64,000 nucleotides of DNA from an uncultured delta proteobacterium. Its GTDB lineage: Bacteria; Desulfobacterota; Desulfobaccia; Desulfobaccales; 0-14-0-80-60-11. The notes under the pieces were generated by a model. It saw only the letters and a list, made by a program, of their open reading frames with translations. It did no database searches and was not told the origin of the DNA. Numbering within the stretch: the stretch's first letter is position 1; each line of letters opens with the position of its first letter. Location of the stretch: contig CAVPIX010000016.1 of NCBI GenBank assembly GCA_963705115.1, forward strand, positions 237,365 to 301,364, given 5' to 3'. Of the stretch, positions 21,597 to 33,553 are shown piece by piece. Both the position numbers and the translations under genes were made by a program.

Positions 21597-24291
21597 ATGA
21601 GCAAGGCAACCCTCAACCTCAATGGGATGACGGTGGAGTTCGAGCCCGGTCAGACCATTTTAGAGGTGGCCCGGGGACATGGGATTTACACCATTCCCAC
21701 CCTGTGCTTCCTGAAGGACACCACGGCCACCGGATCATGCCGCATGTGCATGGTGGAAGTGGAAGGCTGGCGGACGCTGGTGCCGGCCTGCGCCACGGTG
21801 GCTGCGGCCAATATGGCAATCAAAACCGAGTCGCCCCGGGTGGACGCGGCCCGCAAAATGGTGCTGGAGTTGATCCTCTCCTCGGGGAACCACAACTGCC
21901 TCATCTGCGAAGCCAACGCCGAGTGCGAGCTCCAGGCCCTGGCCTACCGTTATGAAGTGGCGACGCCCAGCTTTGCCAATCCTCCGGACACCCGCTACTA
22001 TTACGAAGACAACAACACCATGATCGTCCGGGATTTCTCCAAGTGCGTCATGTGCGGCCGCTGTGTGCGGGCCTGCAATGAGCGCCAGGTGAACCAGGCC
22101 ATCAGCATCGGCTACCGGGGATCCCACAACAAGATCGTGGCCAAGGCCGATTATCCCTACATCGACTCTGACTGCGTGTTCTGCGGCGAGTGCGTCCAGT
22201 CCTGCCCCGTGGGGGCCCTGTTGGACAAAAACGCCATGCACCAGGGCCGTTCCTGGGAGCGCCGCACCGTGCGCACCACCTGCCCTTACTGCGGCGTGGG
22301 CTGCCAGATCGACCTCCACGTCAAGGGCGGCAACATCATCAAAGCCACCGGCGCCCCCATGCTGCCCAACGAAGGCCGCCTGTGCGTCAAGGGCCGCTTC
22401 GGCATGGGCTTCGTGCAGCATGCGGACCGCCTGCAGACCCCGCTTATCCGCAAGAACGGCGAGCTCAGAGCCCGCAACCTGGGACGAGGCCCTGGATTTG
22501 GTGGCCGCGAAGTTCAAGGACATCAAGGAAAAGAGCGGCCCCGAAACCATCGGCGGCTGGTGCTCGGCCCGCATCACCAATGAAGAAAATTACCTCATGC
22601 AGAAGCTGATGCGAGCGGTGATCGGCACCAATCACGTGGATCACTGCGCCCGTCTCTGACACAGCTCCACGGTGGCCGGTCTGGCCGCGAGTTTCGGTTC
22701 CGGAGCGATGACCAATTCCATCGCCGAACTGGAAGACGCCGACTGCATCCTGATAATCGGCTCCAACACCAACGAAAACCACCCGGTAATTGCGGCCCGC
22801 ATCAAGCGGGCGGTCCGGTTCAAGAATAAAGACCTCATAGTCGTCGATCCCCGCCGCCAGGATCTGGTACGTTTTGCCAAACTCTTCCTGCGGCAACTCC
22901 CGGGGACCGACATTCCCCTGCTCAACGGCATGATGCAGGTCATCATTGCCGAGGACCTCTACGACAAAGCCTACGTGGCCGAGCGCACCGAAAACTTCGA
23001 CGCCCTCAAGGAAACGGTGGCCAAGTACACGCCGGCATACGTGGAGAAGATCACCAGCATCCCTGCGGCCGACATCGTGGCCGCGGCCCGCATGTTCGCC
23101 AAGGCCAAGGCCGGCTCCATTGTCTATTGCATGGGCATCACCCAGCACACCGTGGGCACCGACAACGTCAAGTCCCTGGCCAACCTGGCCATGCTCTGCG
23201 GCAACCTGGGCATCTGGGGCGGCGGCGTCAATCCGCTCCGGGGCCAGAACAACGTCCAGGGGGCCTGCGACATGGGCGGCCTGCCCAACGTCTTTTCCGG
23301 CTACCAGCCCGTCACCGATGCCGCGGCCAGAAAAAAGATGGAAGACGCCTGGGGCGTCTCTCCCCTCCCCGACTGGGTGGGCAAAACCATGACCGACATG
23401 CTGCCCGCCATCTCCAAGGGCGGCATTAAGGCCTTGTACATCATCGGGGAAAACCCGGCCCTCACCGACGCCGATTCCAATCACGCCATCAAAGAGATAA
23501 AGCAACTGGAATTCCTGGTGGTTCAGGACATCTTCCTGACGGAGACCGGCAAGCTGGCGGACGTGGTCCTGCCGGCGGCCTCCTTTGCGGAAAAAGACGG
23601 CACCTTCGCCAACACCGAGCGGCGGGTGGCCCGGGTGCGCCAGGCGATCCGGCCGGTGGGCCAATCCAAGCCCGACTGGCAGATCATCTGCGAGATTGCC
23701 AAGCGCCTGGGTTATCCCATGGAATATTCCAAACCCGAAGAAATTTTTGAGGAAATCCGCAAGGTCACCCCGTCTTACGCCGGCATCACCTATCAGCGCC
23801 TCGAAACCGGGGGCTTGCAGTGGCCCTGCCCCAGCGAAGATCACCCCGGCACCGTGTTTCTCCACAAGGACCGCTTCGCCCGGGGTCTGGGCATGTTTTT
23901 CGCCATCGACCACAAGGACCCCGCGGAAATGCCGGACAGGGACTATCCCCTGTACCTCACCACCGGGCGGGTCCTCTATCATTACCACTCCGGCACCATG
24001 AGCCGGCGGGCCCCCGGTCTGCACGAAAAGTCGCCGGAATGCCGGGTGGAGGTGGCCGCGGCGGATGCGGCCAGCTATGGCATTGCCGACGGCGACCAGG
24101 TGCGCGTCCGCTCCCGGAGAGGGGAAATCACCGCCAAGGCCCAAATCTCCGAGCGGGCCGTCAAGGGCACCGTGTTCATCCCCTTCCATTATGCCGAAGC
24201 TTCAGCCAACAAACTGACCAATGCCGCGCTTGATCCGGTGTCCAAGATTCCGGAATTCAAGGTCTGCGCCGTGCAGATCGAGAAAGCGTAA
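21597..24291 (+). CDS. fdhF: Selenocysteine-containing formate dehydrogenase alpha subunit with N-terminal NuoG-like Fe-S domains; UGA 22657-22659 = Sec; +1 frameshift near 22467
   Basis: 2Fe-2S and 4Fe-4S motifs, [35 protein letters not shown], ends PEFKVCAV; no Tat signal. Confidence 0.93.
22670..22689 (+). promoter_or_regulatory. Bacterial SECIS hairpin
   Basis: gtggcc-ggtct-ggccgc about 11 nt after the UGA, resembling the E. coli fdhF SECIS apex. Confidence 0.85.
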
Positions 24292-24302
24292 GGAGGCCGA
24301 CC

Positions 24303-26154
24303 ATGACAGCTCATTCAGGATGCGCCTGCCGGACGGCAGCCACGATTGCTCCGGAAGTTTGGCAAAAGATCGACGCCATCATCGACCGCTACAAAGATCA
24401 GCCCGGCAATTTGATGCCCGTCCTCCAGGAGGTCCAGGAAGCGGCGGGGTATCTGCCCCCGGAGGTGCAGGAACGCATCGCCAAGGGCCTCAACGTCCAG
24501 GGCAGCGAAGTTTTCGGCGTCATGAGTTTCTACTCCATGTACGCCTGGCAACCCAAGGGCAAGTACGTCATCCGCTTTTGCGAGTCCCCGCCCTGCCACG
24601 TGCTGGGCGCCGAAAATCTGCTTCAGGCCACGGAGCAGGAATTGGGCGTCAAGGTGGGGGAGACCACCGCGGACGGGCTCTTTACCCTGGAAAAGACAGC
24701 CTGCCTGGGGGTCTGCGAAGTGGCCCCGGCCATGCAGATCAACGAAGTGGTCATCGGGCCATTTGACCCGGGACAAAATCAAGCAGGTGCTGGCCGACTA
24801 CCGGGCCGGCAAGGCCGCGGATTATAAGACCCTGCCTTACAGCACCAACGACTACCGCAAATACACCCAAAGCCCCCATGAGATGGTTTTGCTGGACAAC
24901 GTGGGGGTCATTGATCCCCAGAAGATCGACGACTACGTGGCCAAGGGCGGCTACAACTCGCTGAAAAAGGCCCTGACCACCATGACCCCGGAACAGGTGG
25001 TGGAGGAAGTGAAGACCGCTGGCATCCGGGGCCGGGGCGGCGCCGGCTTCCCCGCGGGCCTGAAATGGTCCTTCACCCGGCCCCTGGCCGTTCCCCAGAA
25101 ATACGTGATCTGCAACGCCGACGAAGGGGAGCCCGGGACCATCAAAGACCGCTACATCATGGAAGGCGACCCCCAGAAGGTCCTGGAGGGCATGGCCATC
25201 GCCGGCTATGCGGTGGGGGCCAGCAAGGGCTTCATCTACGTGCGGGGCGAATATTACCTTTCCAAATACCGCCTGAACCAGGCCATCGAACAGGCCAGGG
25301 CCAAGGGGTATCTCGGGGAGAAGCTCTTCGGCACGGATTTCTCCTTTGACATCGAAGTGCGCTCCGGGTTCGGCTGCTACATCTGCGGCGAGGAAACCGC
25401 GCTCATCGAGTCCATCGAGGGCAAACGCGGCTACCCCCGCATGAAGCCGCCCTTCCCCGGGGTGGCCGGCCTGTGGGGCAAACCCACCATCGTCAACAAC
25501 GTGGAGACCCTGGCCTCAGTTCCGGCCATCATCGCCAAGGGGGGAGAATGGTATAAGTCTTTGGGCACGGCAGACACCACCGGCACCAAGATTTACCAGA
25601 TCATCGGGCATGTCAAGAAGCCTCAGGTCACGGAGATTCCGGCGGGCATTACCCTCAGGGAACTCATCGACACCTACGGCGGGGGTCTAAGAGACGGGGC
25701 CAAGTTCAAGATGTGCCAAACCGGCGGCGCCTCCGCAGGGATTGTCACCGCGGCAGCCCTGGACACCCCCATTGATTTCGGCTCCATGTCCAAGGTCGGC
25801 GGGGCCTTGGGCTCCGGCACCATGCTGGTCATGGATGAGAGCGTCTGTGCGGTGGATTTCATCCGCTCCGTGGCGGTGTTCTTCGCGCATGAGTCCTGCG
25901 GCCAGTGCACCCCGTGCCGGGAAGGCACGCCCCAGATTCTCAGCACCATCACCCGCATCTGTAAGGGCCAGGGGACCATGGCGGACCTGGAATTCATGGA
26001 GCGCCTGGCCGGGGCCATGACGGACGCCTCCTTCTGCCCCCTGGGACAGACCGCGCCCGCGCCCATGATGAGCGCCCTGAAACATTTCCGCCAGGAATTT
26101 GAAGAACACATCAACGAGAAGAAATGCCGGGCGGGAGTCTGTAAGCTCGGTTAA
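24303..26154 (+). CDS. Fused NuoE-NuoF-like NAD(H)-binding flavoprotein subunit; +1 frameshift near 24762
   Basis: NuoE Cys motifs CESPPC / CLGVC; removing one T reads IGPLTRDKIKQ into NuoF (GRGGAGFPAG, NADEGEPG, YICGEET, ESCGQCTPCREG). Confidence 0.88.
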
Positions 26155-26256
26155 GGTGTTTTCCGGGGCGGGGGGTTATCACGGGCTGGAAGCCCATGCT
26201 ACCGGGGCCGATGGGCCCTTACCCCCTCCCCAAACCCCTCCCCCAATCCCATAACA

Positions 26257-26300
26257 ATAAAAGGGGTGGGCCGGAACAGGCGGCCCACCCCTTTTTTTCC
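26257..26300 (+). terminator. Intrinsic terminator after the fdh operon
   Basis: aaaaggggtgggccg...cggcccacccc followed by a T-run. Confidence 0.7.
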
Positions 26301-26473
26301 CCCTCACCCTAACCCTCTCCCCCGTTGGGTGGAGAGGGGATTTAAGGAAAGAACTTTTGGAAACAGTATGATTCCAAGTTCATGCTGGACTTTGAGGCGT
26401 ACACACGGGTGCGCCCCTACGGAAAGCGACATTCCTTACTTCTATGGACGCAACTTGGTATTACTCCCCAGAT

Positions 26474-26713
26474 TCATCCTGGTTCCGTCTTCGCCGGCGG
26501 GTTCAGTTGGTTCATGCCAATCAATAAACGCGAAACCACCCAGCCGAGCTTGGCCCCAAAGAGGTCCCAGAGGTAGCTGCCCAGCACCAAGGCCACCGCC
26601 GACCCCAGCAGCCGCACCGGTGTTTCCGCGCCCATGGTGGCCAGGATTAATTTGCTCACTAAAAAAGCCGCGAACAGTCTAATGAAAAAGCCGAAGATAT
26701 TTTTCATGTTCAT
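26474..26713 (-). CDS. Small hypothetical membrane protein
   Basis: Hydrophobic ORF with 2-3 TM-like segments; no clear RBS. Confidence 0.45.
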   Translation of the reverse strand: MNMKNIFGFFIRLFAAFLVSKLILATMGAETPVRLLGSAVALVLGSYLWDLFGAKLGWVVSRLLIGMNQLNPPAKTEPG

Positions 26714-26834
26714 GATATTGGCCTGCCAACACACAAATCATACCGTATTGAGACCCCTGCGAGAGTCTTTATTAATTCAAAGCGCCCAGATGCAGCTAAC
26801 CTCGGCTACATTAATCGCCACTTGAATGCGATTT

Positions 26835-26962
26835 GAGACCTCTGCAAAAAGCATTTTTGTCATCCTGAGCGAAGCGAAGGATCTCGTATTTTCAAATGGT
26901 TGAAGATCTTGGTCGCTTTGCTCCATCAGAATGCCACTTTTAAGGACTTTCGCAGAAATCTC
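26835..26962. mobile_element. MITE-like element (GAGACCTCTGC ends) enclosing a TGTCA-type REP pair
   Basis: gagacctctgcaaaaag ... ctttcgcagaaatctc. Confidence 0.5.
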
Positions 26963-27074
26963 GACTTGGTATGGCTGAAACAGACCAAAAGAATAATTAT
27001 TTTAATCCAATTATTCCCGTTGCTCTGCAAAGAGAATAATCGGATATTTTTTAACCGAAAACCGAAACGAGATA

Positions 27075-27126
27075 AAATTAGTAGGGAGATACGCCCGTTG
27101 CCACGCAGCGTATCTCCCTAAATTTA
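27075..27126 (-). terminator. Probable terminator of the hmc operon
   Basis: tagggagatacgc...gcgtatctcccta stem just past the hmcF stop. Confidence 0.6.
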
Positions 27127-27150
27127 TTGCCCAGCCTTTGGGAATGCCGG

Positions 27151-28557
27151 TTATTCCTCTTCTTCCTCTTCGTCCTTGGGCTTGAGGTGGTCGGGGACGA
27201 TGGCCATCTTGATGATGAGGGGCTTCAAGAAGCTCCAGCGGATGCCCAGTTCATAGACCTCTTCCAGGTCCCGGATGGCGTCCCAGCAGTTGTGGCAGGG
27301 CGCGATGACCAGTTTGGCGCCGGTGGCCAGGATCTGATCCCGCTTGACCTTCAACCCCAAGTTGCGCTGCTCCCGGTACATACCGATGCCGTTTAAGCCG
27401 CCCCCGCCACCGCAGCAGAAGTTGTGCTCTTTGCAGGGGTTCATTTCCACAAAGTAGCCGGGCTCCACCAGATAGCTCATGATTTCCCGGGTGACGTCTC
27501 CTAAGCCGTAGTTGCGCACATAGTTGCAGGAGTCCTGGAGGGTGACCAGCTCTTTGATGCGCTTGGCCGGGTCAATCTTGATTTTGCCGGTGCGCAGGGC
27601 TTCGGCGATCCATTCGGTGTAGTGCAGGTAAGGCACCGGCGGGCGGCCGTCTTTCCGGCCCACCCAGTAGGGGCCTTCGATGACCGTGGCCCGGTGGGCG
27701 TGGCCACATTCCGTCCCCATGACCCGCTTGGGCCGCAGGCGGTCGATGGCCTCATAGATGGTCTCGACCTGCATTTTACAGCCTTCCCAATCCCCGGCGA
27801 ACATGGTCAGTGAGGTTTGCTCCCAACCGCTGCTGGGCACCGTCCAGTTCTCACCCGCCAAGTGGAAGAGGATGGCGGCCTCGGCGATATCTTCCGGATA
27901 GTGCTTGGCTTCCCGGGCATTGAGGGTGTAGAGGATGTCCGCATCCTCTTTGTCCACCGGGATTTCCAGGTCCGGCCACTCTTCCTGCTGCTCCTCGGCC
28001 ATCCACTCGCAGGTTTCCACCCAGTCCTCGTTGGTCACGTCCATTTGGGCCCGATAGACCCGGTGCATGCCTGAGCCGATTTTGAGCTCCCAGGGCACAA
28101 AACCCTGGCCAAAACAGAGGCCCCTCAGATAGCCGAACATGACCCCCATGTCGATGCCGTAGGGGCAGAAGGAGCCGCAACGGTTGCAACAGGTGCACTT
28201 GGACCAGGCCACGTCCATGCAGTAGCGCATATGCTGGTTGGTGACGTTGCCGTTCTTTTTAACGATTTCCCCCAGGGTGGACTGGATCTTATAGGCCGGC
28301 ACCTGGGTGGGGTCTCTGCGGTTGGACAGATAAAGAAAACAAGAGTCCGCACACAGGCCGCAATGGGCGCAGATCTCCAGCCAGGTGCGCAAACGGGATT
28401 TCATGGTATTCTGCAGCGCCGTTTGCAGCTTTTCCACGTCAACATCCAGGTGCTCCATCTCTTCGTAATACTGGCGGCCGCGGGTATCGGCCAGGAGCGC
28501 GTCGAGCTGTTCCTTGGAATTGCAGGGTTGTTTGTTGCAGAGCGTTCCTTCGGGCAT
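27151..28557 (-). CDS. hmcF: Hmc complex Fe-S/CCG-domain protein (HdrD/DsrK-like)
   Basis: [34 protein letters not shown]; last gene of hmc operon. Confidence 0.9.
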   Translation of the reverse strand: MPEGTLCNKQPCNSKEQLDALLADTRGRQYYEEMEHLDVDVEKLQTALQNTMKSRLRTWLEICAHCGLCADSCFLYLSNRRDPTQVPAYKIQSTLGEIVKKNGNVTNQHMRYCMDVAWSKCTCCNRCGSFCPYGIDMGVMFGYLRGLCFGQGFVPWELKIGSGMHRVYRAQMDVTNEDWVETCEWMAEEQQEEWPDLEIPVDKEDADILYTLNAREAKHYPEDIAEAAILFHLAGENWTVPSSGWEQTSLTMFAGDWEGCKMQVETIYEAIDRLRPKRVMGTECGHAHRATVIEGPYWVGRKDGRPPVPYLHYTEWIAEALRTGKIKIDPAKRIKELVTLQDSCNYVRNYGLGDVTREIMSYLVEPGYFVEMNPCKEHNFCCGGGGGLNGIGMYREQRNLGLKVKRDQILATGAKLVIAPCHNCWDAIRDLEEVYELGIRWSFLKPLIIKMAIVPDHLKPKDEEEEEE

Positions 28558-28624
28558 ATCTTTACTCCCCTACTTAGGGCTTACCGCCTAAAATAATGTA
28601 TAGACATAATATAATACATGATTT

Positions 28625-29305
28625 CTACCAGGCAAATCCCCCTTTGGCCTTCCAGGCGCGCTTGATGCCGAAATCCATGCCTATCTGCCCCCGGGAGAGG
28701 AAGAAACCCACCACGTGGAAAAGCTTGGTGAAGGGGATGGCGATGAGCAAAGCCTGGGCGCTGAGGATATGGGTATAGACCCAGAAGGTGTAGTCCCCGA
28801 ACTGGTTCACCACCAGAAAGCCCGACAAAAATGGCATAACCGTAATCAGGATCAGGAAATAGTCATAAAAGGTGGTGAGGATGCGCACTTCGGGCAGGGC
28901 GAGACGCCGGACGACAATGAACACCGACGACACCAGGACCCCGATGGTGAGGAGGTCCGCCAGGGCCATGGAGATGGTGGGCCACCAGGTGATACCCCAA
29001 CGCTCCCTGAGAATAATGACATGCCCCTGCAAAAACAACGGCGTCACCACGAGCCCGATGTGAAAGACAAAGAAGATGATGGTGTACAGGGGCTTGGCCC
29101 GCCAGCCATACGACCCCATGGGCACCAGCCAGTGCAGGATGGACTGGAGGGCGCCCTTGATGCCTTTCCCGAAATACGGCTGGTAGGCCACCCGGTCAAG
29201 CTTCCAGTCCAGGCCCCGGATATACAGAACGACCCGGGCGGCCAGCCCGACGAAGAAAATCCCGAAGGAGAGCCACAGTAGGGGTCCGGTGATGAATTGA
29301 TACAT
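28625..29305 (-). CDS. hmcE: Hmc complex cytochrome b membrane subunit (NarI-like)
   Basis: MYQFITGPLLW, FHIG...GH, H...IPFTKLFH. Confidence 0.9.
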   Translation of the reverse strand: MYQFITGPLLWLSFGIFFVGLAARVVLYIRGLDWKLDRVAYQPYFGKGIKGALQSILHWLVPMGSYGWRAKPLYTIIFFVFHIGLVVTPLFLQGHVIILRERWGITWWPTISMALADLLTIGVLVSSVFIVVRRLALPEVRILTTFYDYFLILITVMPFLSGFLVVNQFGDYTFWVYTHILSAQALLIAIPFTKLFHVVGFFLSRGQIGMDFGIKRAWKAKGGFAW

Positions 29306-29344
29306 AATCGACTCCTCTGAAAGGCCGCCAGACGGCCCGCGGCG

Positions 29345-29488
29345 CTATTTGATAAAGGTTTCTTCGTCCCTACCGGTGATGAACAGCCAGAAGCCCAGAA
29401 TGGCCAGGATTACTGCGCCCATCAAATAGTAGGCCGCACCCTTGGTATAGAGCAAGAACTCCTGCAGCGAATAAAAGGTGTTTTCCAT
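29345..29488 (-). CDS. hmcD: Hmc complex small membrane subunit (47 aa, not in ORF track)
   Basis: RBS GGAAGGGAG; MENTFYSLQEFLLYTKGAAYYLMGAVILAILGFWLFITGRDEETFIK, between hmcC and hmcE. Confidence 0.88.
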   Translation of the reverse strand: MENTFYSLQEFLLYTKGAAYYLMGAVILAILGFWLFITGRDEETFIK

Positions 29489-29499
29489 GGCTCCCTTCC

Positions 29500-30727
29500 T
29501 CAGTGGCCGAAGCTTTGGGGGTGAGGTTTGACTGCGTGCTCGTGGAGATCAAGGGGCTTATGTTCCTTGAACCTCTCGTCCTCATAGAAAATGGGCATCT
29601 TGGAGGAAACAAACCGGAAGATCAGCACCCCAATGGTGACAATGAATAAAGACAGGGCTATTTCCATCCAGTGCGGGAAATAGCGGTCAGCCGGGGGCAG
29701 CTGCCAGTTGAAGGCCACCAGGGAGACGTTGAACCGATTGAGCACGATGCCCAGAACCGTAAGGATGGAGGTCCACTTGATCAGGTTCAAGTTCTGCTCC
29801 CGCACGGCCATGGCATAGAGCAAGGCCGGCAGGGCCACAAAGCCCAGAATCTCCAGAAGGTACCAGGCCCCATACCAGGTGAAGAGGTAGTGCCAGTTGT
29901 TATCCAGACCCAGGCCGATGACCTTGATGCAGAAATAGGCCACCAGGACCATGGAGGCGCCTTTGGCGAACCCCATGACCACCCCGTCGTGCTCGCCCAG
30001 GTAGGTCTCGTCCATTTTGTGATGCAGGTACCGGTGCGACAGGGAGCCCTCAAAAATGACCATGGACAGCCCCGCGGCGATACTGGAGACGAAGAAGAAT
30101 ACCGGCAGATAGGAGGAATACCACAGCGGGTGCAGTTTGGATGGGGCAATCAGGTAGAGGGCCCCGAGAGAGCTCTGGTGCATGGTGGACAGGACCACGC
30201 CGAAGATGGTCAAAGCCAGGGTCATTTTGACGATGACATTCCGGGGTTTTTTGATGCCGAGCCATTCCAGGCAGGCGGGCACCCATTCGATGAACAGGGT
30301 GATGAGATAAAGGAAGACGCACAAGCCCACTTCAAAGAGCACCGAGGTGGGGCCGGACTGCACGAAGAAGGGATAGGGCAGACGCCAGGGCCGGCCCACG
30401 TCGTAATGCAGGGCGAAGACCACCAGAGCGTAGCCCAGGAACGCGGTGAGAATCGCGGGCCGCACCGCCGAGTGATAGCGCTTGAGGCCGAAGACGTAGC
30501 AGGCCGCTGGAGGTGGTGTAGCCGCCGGCGGCCAGGGCCACGCCGCACAGGAGGTCAAAGGAGATCCAGATGCCCCAGGGGTTGTTGTCCGTGAGGTTGG
30601 TAACCCCGGCCAGCCCCTTGGTGAAGCGCAGAGAGGTGACCACGAGGCCCAAAAACAGGATGACGCCCACCACCACGTTAAAAGGCGTGAGCAGCGTTTT
30701 CTTGTCAGTAGGGAATGGGGCGGACAT
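29500..30727 (-). CDS. hmcC: Hmc complex NrfD/PsrC-family membrane subunit; +1 frameshift near 30508
   Basis: PWGIWISFDLLCGVALAAGGY joins AACYVFG..., DVGRPWRL, LSTMHQSSLG, KLHPLWYS. Confidence 0.9.
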
Positions 30728-30728
30728 G

Positions 30729-31787
30729 CTATTTGTCCTCCTCGGCTGGAGCATGGGCAGCTTCTTCCAGAGCCTTCTTCACTTCCCGCTCGATGGCAGC
30801 CTTCTTGTCTTTATCAGCTTTGGCCAGGGCCTGTTCGAGGGCTCCCTGGGCTTTCTCCTGAGCTCTTGCCAGAGCTCTTGCCACAGCTTCCTGCCTCTCG
30901 TCGTCCGCGACCTGTTCCTTGCGCTTGTTCACCGCGTAAATGCCCACCAGCAGCACGGGCCAGAGGCTGGCCACCAGGGGCACGGCCGCCAGGGCCCCGG
31001 AGGTCAATTCGGGGGCTGGCGTGATCCCTAAGTCTTCCCGCATGCCGATGGTCTTAAAGGGCACACCTGAGAGGTACAGCCAACTCGTGCCGCCCATTTC
31101 CCGCTCGCCATAAATATGGTTCAGGTAGCGCCCCGGAAAGGATTGGATGCGGGAGCGGGCCACGTTAATGAGATCGGTGCGTTTGCCGTAAACCAGGGCC
31201 TCCACCGGGCAGGCGCCCGCGCAGCCCGGCACCATGAGCTGACCCGCGCTGATCTGGGGGTAGCACATGGTGCATTTCATGATCCGGGGAGTCAGGACCT
31301 GGTCATACTCGAAGGCGGGAATGTCAAAAGGACAGGCGACCATGCAGTAGCGGCAGCCCACGCACACCGAGCCGTCCCAGATGACGCCGCCCTGGGGCGT
31401 CTTGGTGAAGGCGTTGACAAAGCAGGCTGAAGCGCAGGCCGGCTCCAGGCAGTGCTGGCACTGGTTTTTGCGGAAGACCGGCCCCATGGCGCCCGGAATG
31501 TTGTCGTAACGGTTGACCACGGTGTAGGTCTTGGCATCGGTCCGCCGTTTCTTGTCCAGGACGCGCAAGTCGTCGAAGGGCTCGGGCGGGGGCGGCAGAT
31601 TGTTGACCTGGTTGCACCCGGCCTCGCACCGGCGGCAGCCGATGCACCGGGTGGCGTCGAACAGCACGCCGAAACTCCCGGGGCGGCCCTCAAAATGCTT
31701 GACCCCTGCGGCATGGGCCGTCGTCTTGCCCAAAACGGCGCTTAACCCTCCGGCTCCAAGCAGGCCCAGAAACGTTCTTCGTTGCAT
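30729..31787 (-). CDS. hmcB: Hmc complex periplasmic Fe-S subunit
   Basis: Tat signal RRTFLG, ferredoxin Cys clusters, [12 protein letters not shown]-terminal TM and coiled tail. Confidence 0.92.
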   Translation of the reverse strand: MQRRTFLGLLGAGGLSAVLGKTTAHAAGVKHFEGRPGSFGVLFDATRCIGCRRCEAGCNQVNNLPPPPEPFDDLRVLDKKRRTDAKTYTVVNRYDNIPGAMGPVFRKNQCQHCLEPACASACFVNAFTKTPQGGVIWDGSVCVGCRYCMVACPFDIPAFEYDQVLTPRIMKCTMCYPQISAGQLMVPGCAGACPVEALVYGKRTDLINVARSRIQSFPGRYLNHIYGEREMGGTSWLYLSGVPFKTIGMREDLGITPAPELTSGALAAVPLVASLWPVLLVGIYAVNKRKEQVADDERQEAVARALARAQEKAQGALEQALAKADKDKKAAIEREVKKALEEAAHAPAEEDK

Positions 31788-31820
31788 GGAAACACTCCTT
31801 ATTTTACAGCCCTCAGCCGG

Positions 31821-33485
31821 TTACTTCTTTTCCTTATGACAATCGAGGCAAGCCGTGGCTTCCGGCTTGACTCCCATGGACTTATGGCAACTCATGCACT
31901 GACCGTGCTGCGCCGCCAACAGGCCCGGACGGTTCGCCTCTCGGGGGTCAAAGCTGACCTTGCCCACCTGCTTGGCATGGCAACTGACGCAAGCGGGGGG
32001 GTTCTTCGCAGGCGGGCTGTTGTGGTGGCAGCCCTGGCAGACGGTGCCGGGATCGTTGTGGAAGAAATTGGCCAGGCGGCTGTCCTTCATGCCGGCCATC
32101 AGCTTTTGGACGTGCTCCCGGTGCGCGAACTCCACCGGCATATATTTGTCGGCCAGTTCCTTGATCACCACCTTGTCCGGGATGTCATGCACGGCGTAGG
32201 TGCCCGGGTTCATATTCCGGGTCTTGAGCAGGCTCTCGGCCATGGCGTTCCGTTGGGGCGCGGGCAGCACCGCCTCCTGACGCTGGGTGTCGGACAGGGG
32301 CAGGTGGCACAGCTTGCAGGAGGCCTTGTCCGGCTGGCCGGTCTCCGCAATGCTGTGGTGGCAGCCGGCGCAGGTCGGCTGGGCCTGCTTGGCCGCGTGG
32401 CAGCCCAAGCAGCTGGTCTGGCTGGACTTAAGGTGCATGGCCTGCTCAAAGGTCACAAAGTTGCCGTCTTTGGCACCCCCCAGGGTGTGGCATTTCTGGC
32501 AGGAATCCATGGAGGCGTGATGGCAGGCCCGGCAGGTGTCGCTGAATTTTTCGTGGCCTTTGTGGTCGAAGGGCACCGGGGCCATGGAGATGGGCTTGGC
32601 GCCCTTCCCTTCCCCGGCTTTGGGGTCATAGGTGATGAGGACCGCATCCGGCTGGCCTCTCATAAGCCGCGGCACTTCCTGGTTCGGGAGCTTGGCCACC
32701 ACCTCCTGGTTTCTCTTGGCCACCTCGGCCATACCGGCGGCGCTGTGGCACTCGGCGCAGCCCAAGGGGACATTGGCCTTCACTCCCTTTTGGGCCAGGT
32801 CGAGGTGGCAGAGCACGCATTGCTGATGCGCGGCCTGCTCGAAGCTCTTGACGCCGTCCTTGGCCTTGTCCAGGTGGCAGTAGCGGCAACTGGCTTCCTT
32901 GCCTTTGGCGGGCACCAGCTTTTTGGCCCGCTGGTCATATTCGTGGTGGCAAACCGCGCAGTTGTCCTTGTCGCCGCTCGCTCCCGGAATATTTTTGGAG
33001 TCCACATGCCGGAAGTGCAGCACCTTGCCCAGGCCGGCGTCAACTCTTTCCGCCTTGGGCGGGGTGGCGCTGTGGCAATCGCGGCAGAAACCGTCCAGGG
33101 GCCCCGATGCCTTCCCCGCGGCCACCGTTTCCTGATGGCAGCCTATGCAGGTGGCATGATAGATGTCCTTCATTTCGGAGGACTTCGTGGTTTTCTGGCG
33201 TTTGTAGGCCAGGGAGAGCTTCCCGTCCTCCACGAAGTGGCAGGTCTCGCAGCCCTTGTTCTCCTTTTTTAACGCGTCGGTGTGTTTGTCATGGAAGAAC
33301 TTGACCGCCGGCAGCTCAAGCTTGCCGTAGGCGGCCAGGGTGTCGATCTTGATGAAGTCCGGCCGCGCGGTCTCAGGCGCCTTGACCGGCTCCTTTTCAC
33401 CCTGGGCCTCAAAGCACATGAATGAAATGGCCACGAACACCAACAGGAATCCGGCCCAGTGAAGCAGTGGTCTTCCTTTCTCCAT
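31821..33485 (-). CDS. hmcA: High-molecular-weight 16-haem cytochrome c
   Basis: Signal peptide and 16 CxxCH motifs counted in the translation. Confidence 0.95.
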   Translation of the reverse strand: MEKGRPLLHWAGFLLVFVAISFMCFEAQGEKEPVKAPETARPDFIKIDTLAAYGKLELPAVKFFHDKHTDALKKENKGCETCHFVEDGKLSLAYKRQKTTKSSEMKDIYHATCIGCHQETVAAGKASGPLDGFCRDCHSATPPKAERVDAGLGKVLHFRHVDSKNIPGASGDKDNCAVCHHEYDQRAKKLVPAKGKEASCRYCHLDKAKDGVKSFEQAAHQQCVLCHLDLAQKGVKANVPLGCAECHSAAGMAEVAKRNQEVVAKLPNQEVPRLMRGQPDAVLITYDPKAGEGKGAKPISMAPVPFDHKGHEKFSDTCRACHHASMDSCQKCHTLGGAKDGNFVTFEQAMHLKSSQTSCLGCHAAKQAQPTCAGCHHSIAETGQPDKASCKLCHLPLSDTQRQEAVLPAPQRNAMAESLLKTRNMNPGTYAVHDIPDKVVIKELADKYMPVEFAHREHVQKLMAGMKDSRLANFFHNDPGTVCQGCHHNSPPAKNPPACVSCHAKQVGKVSFDPREANRPGLLAAQHGQCMSCHKSMGVKPEATACLDCHKEKK

Positions 33486-33553
33486 AACCCCAAACCCCAA
33501 TCCTTAGCTGATATGCAGGCTGTTGAGAGACCCTGAACTTGAGGAGGATTTCT

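Noticed and set aside
29370-29612. 80-aa ORF between hmcC and hmcE
   Set aside because: Wrong frame; the real gene is hmcD at 29345-29488.
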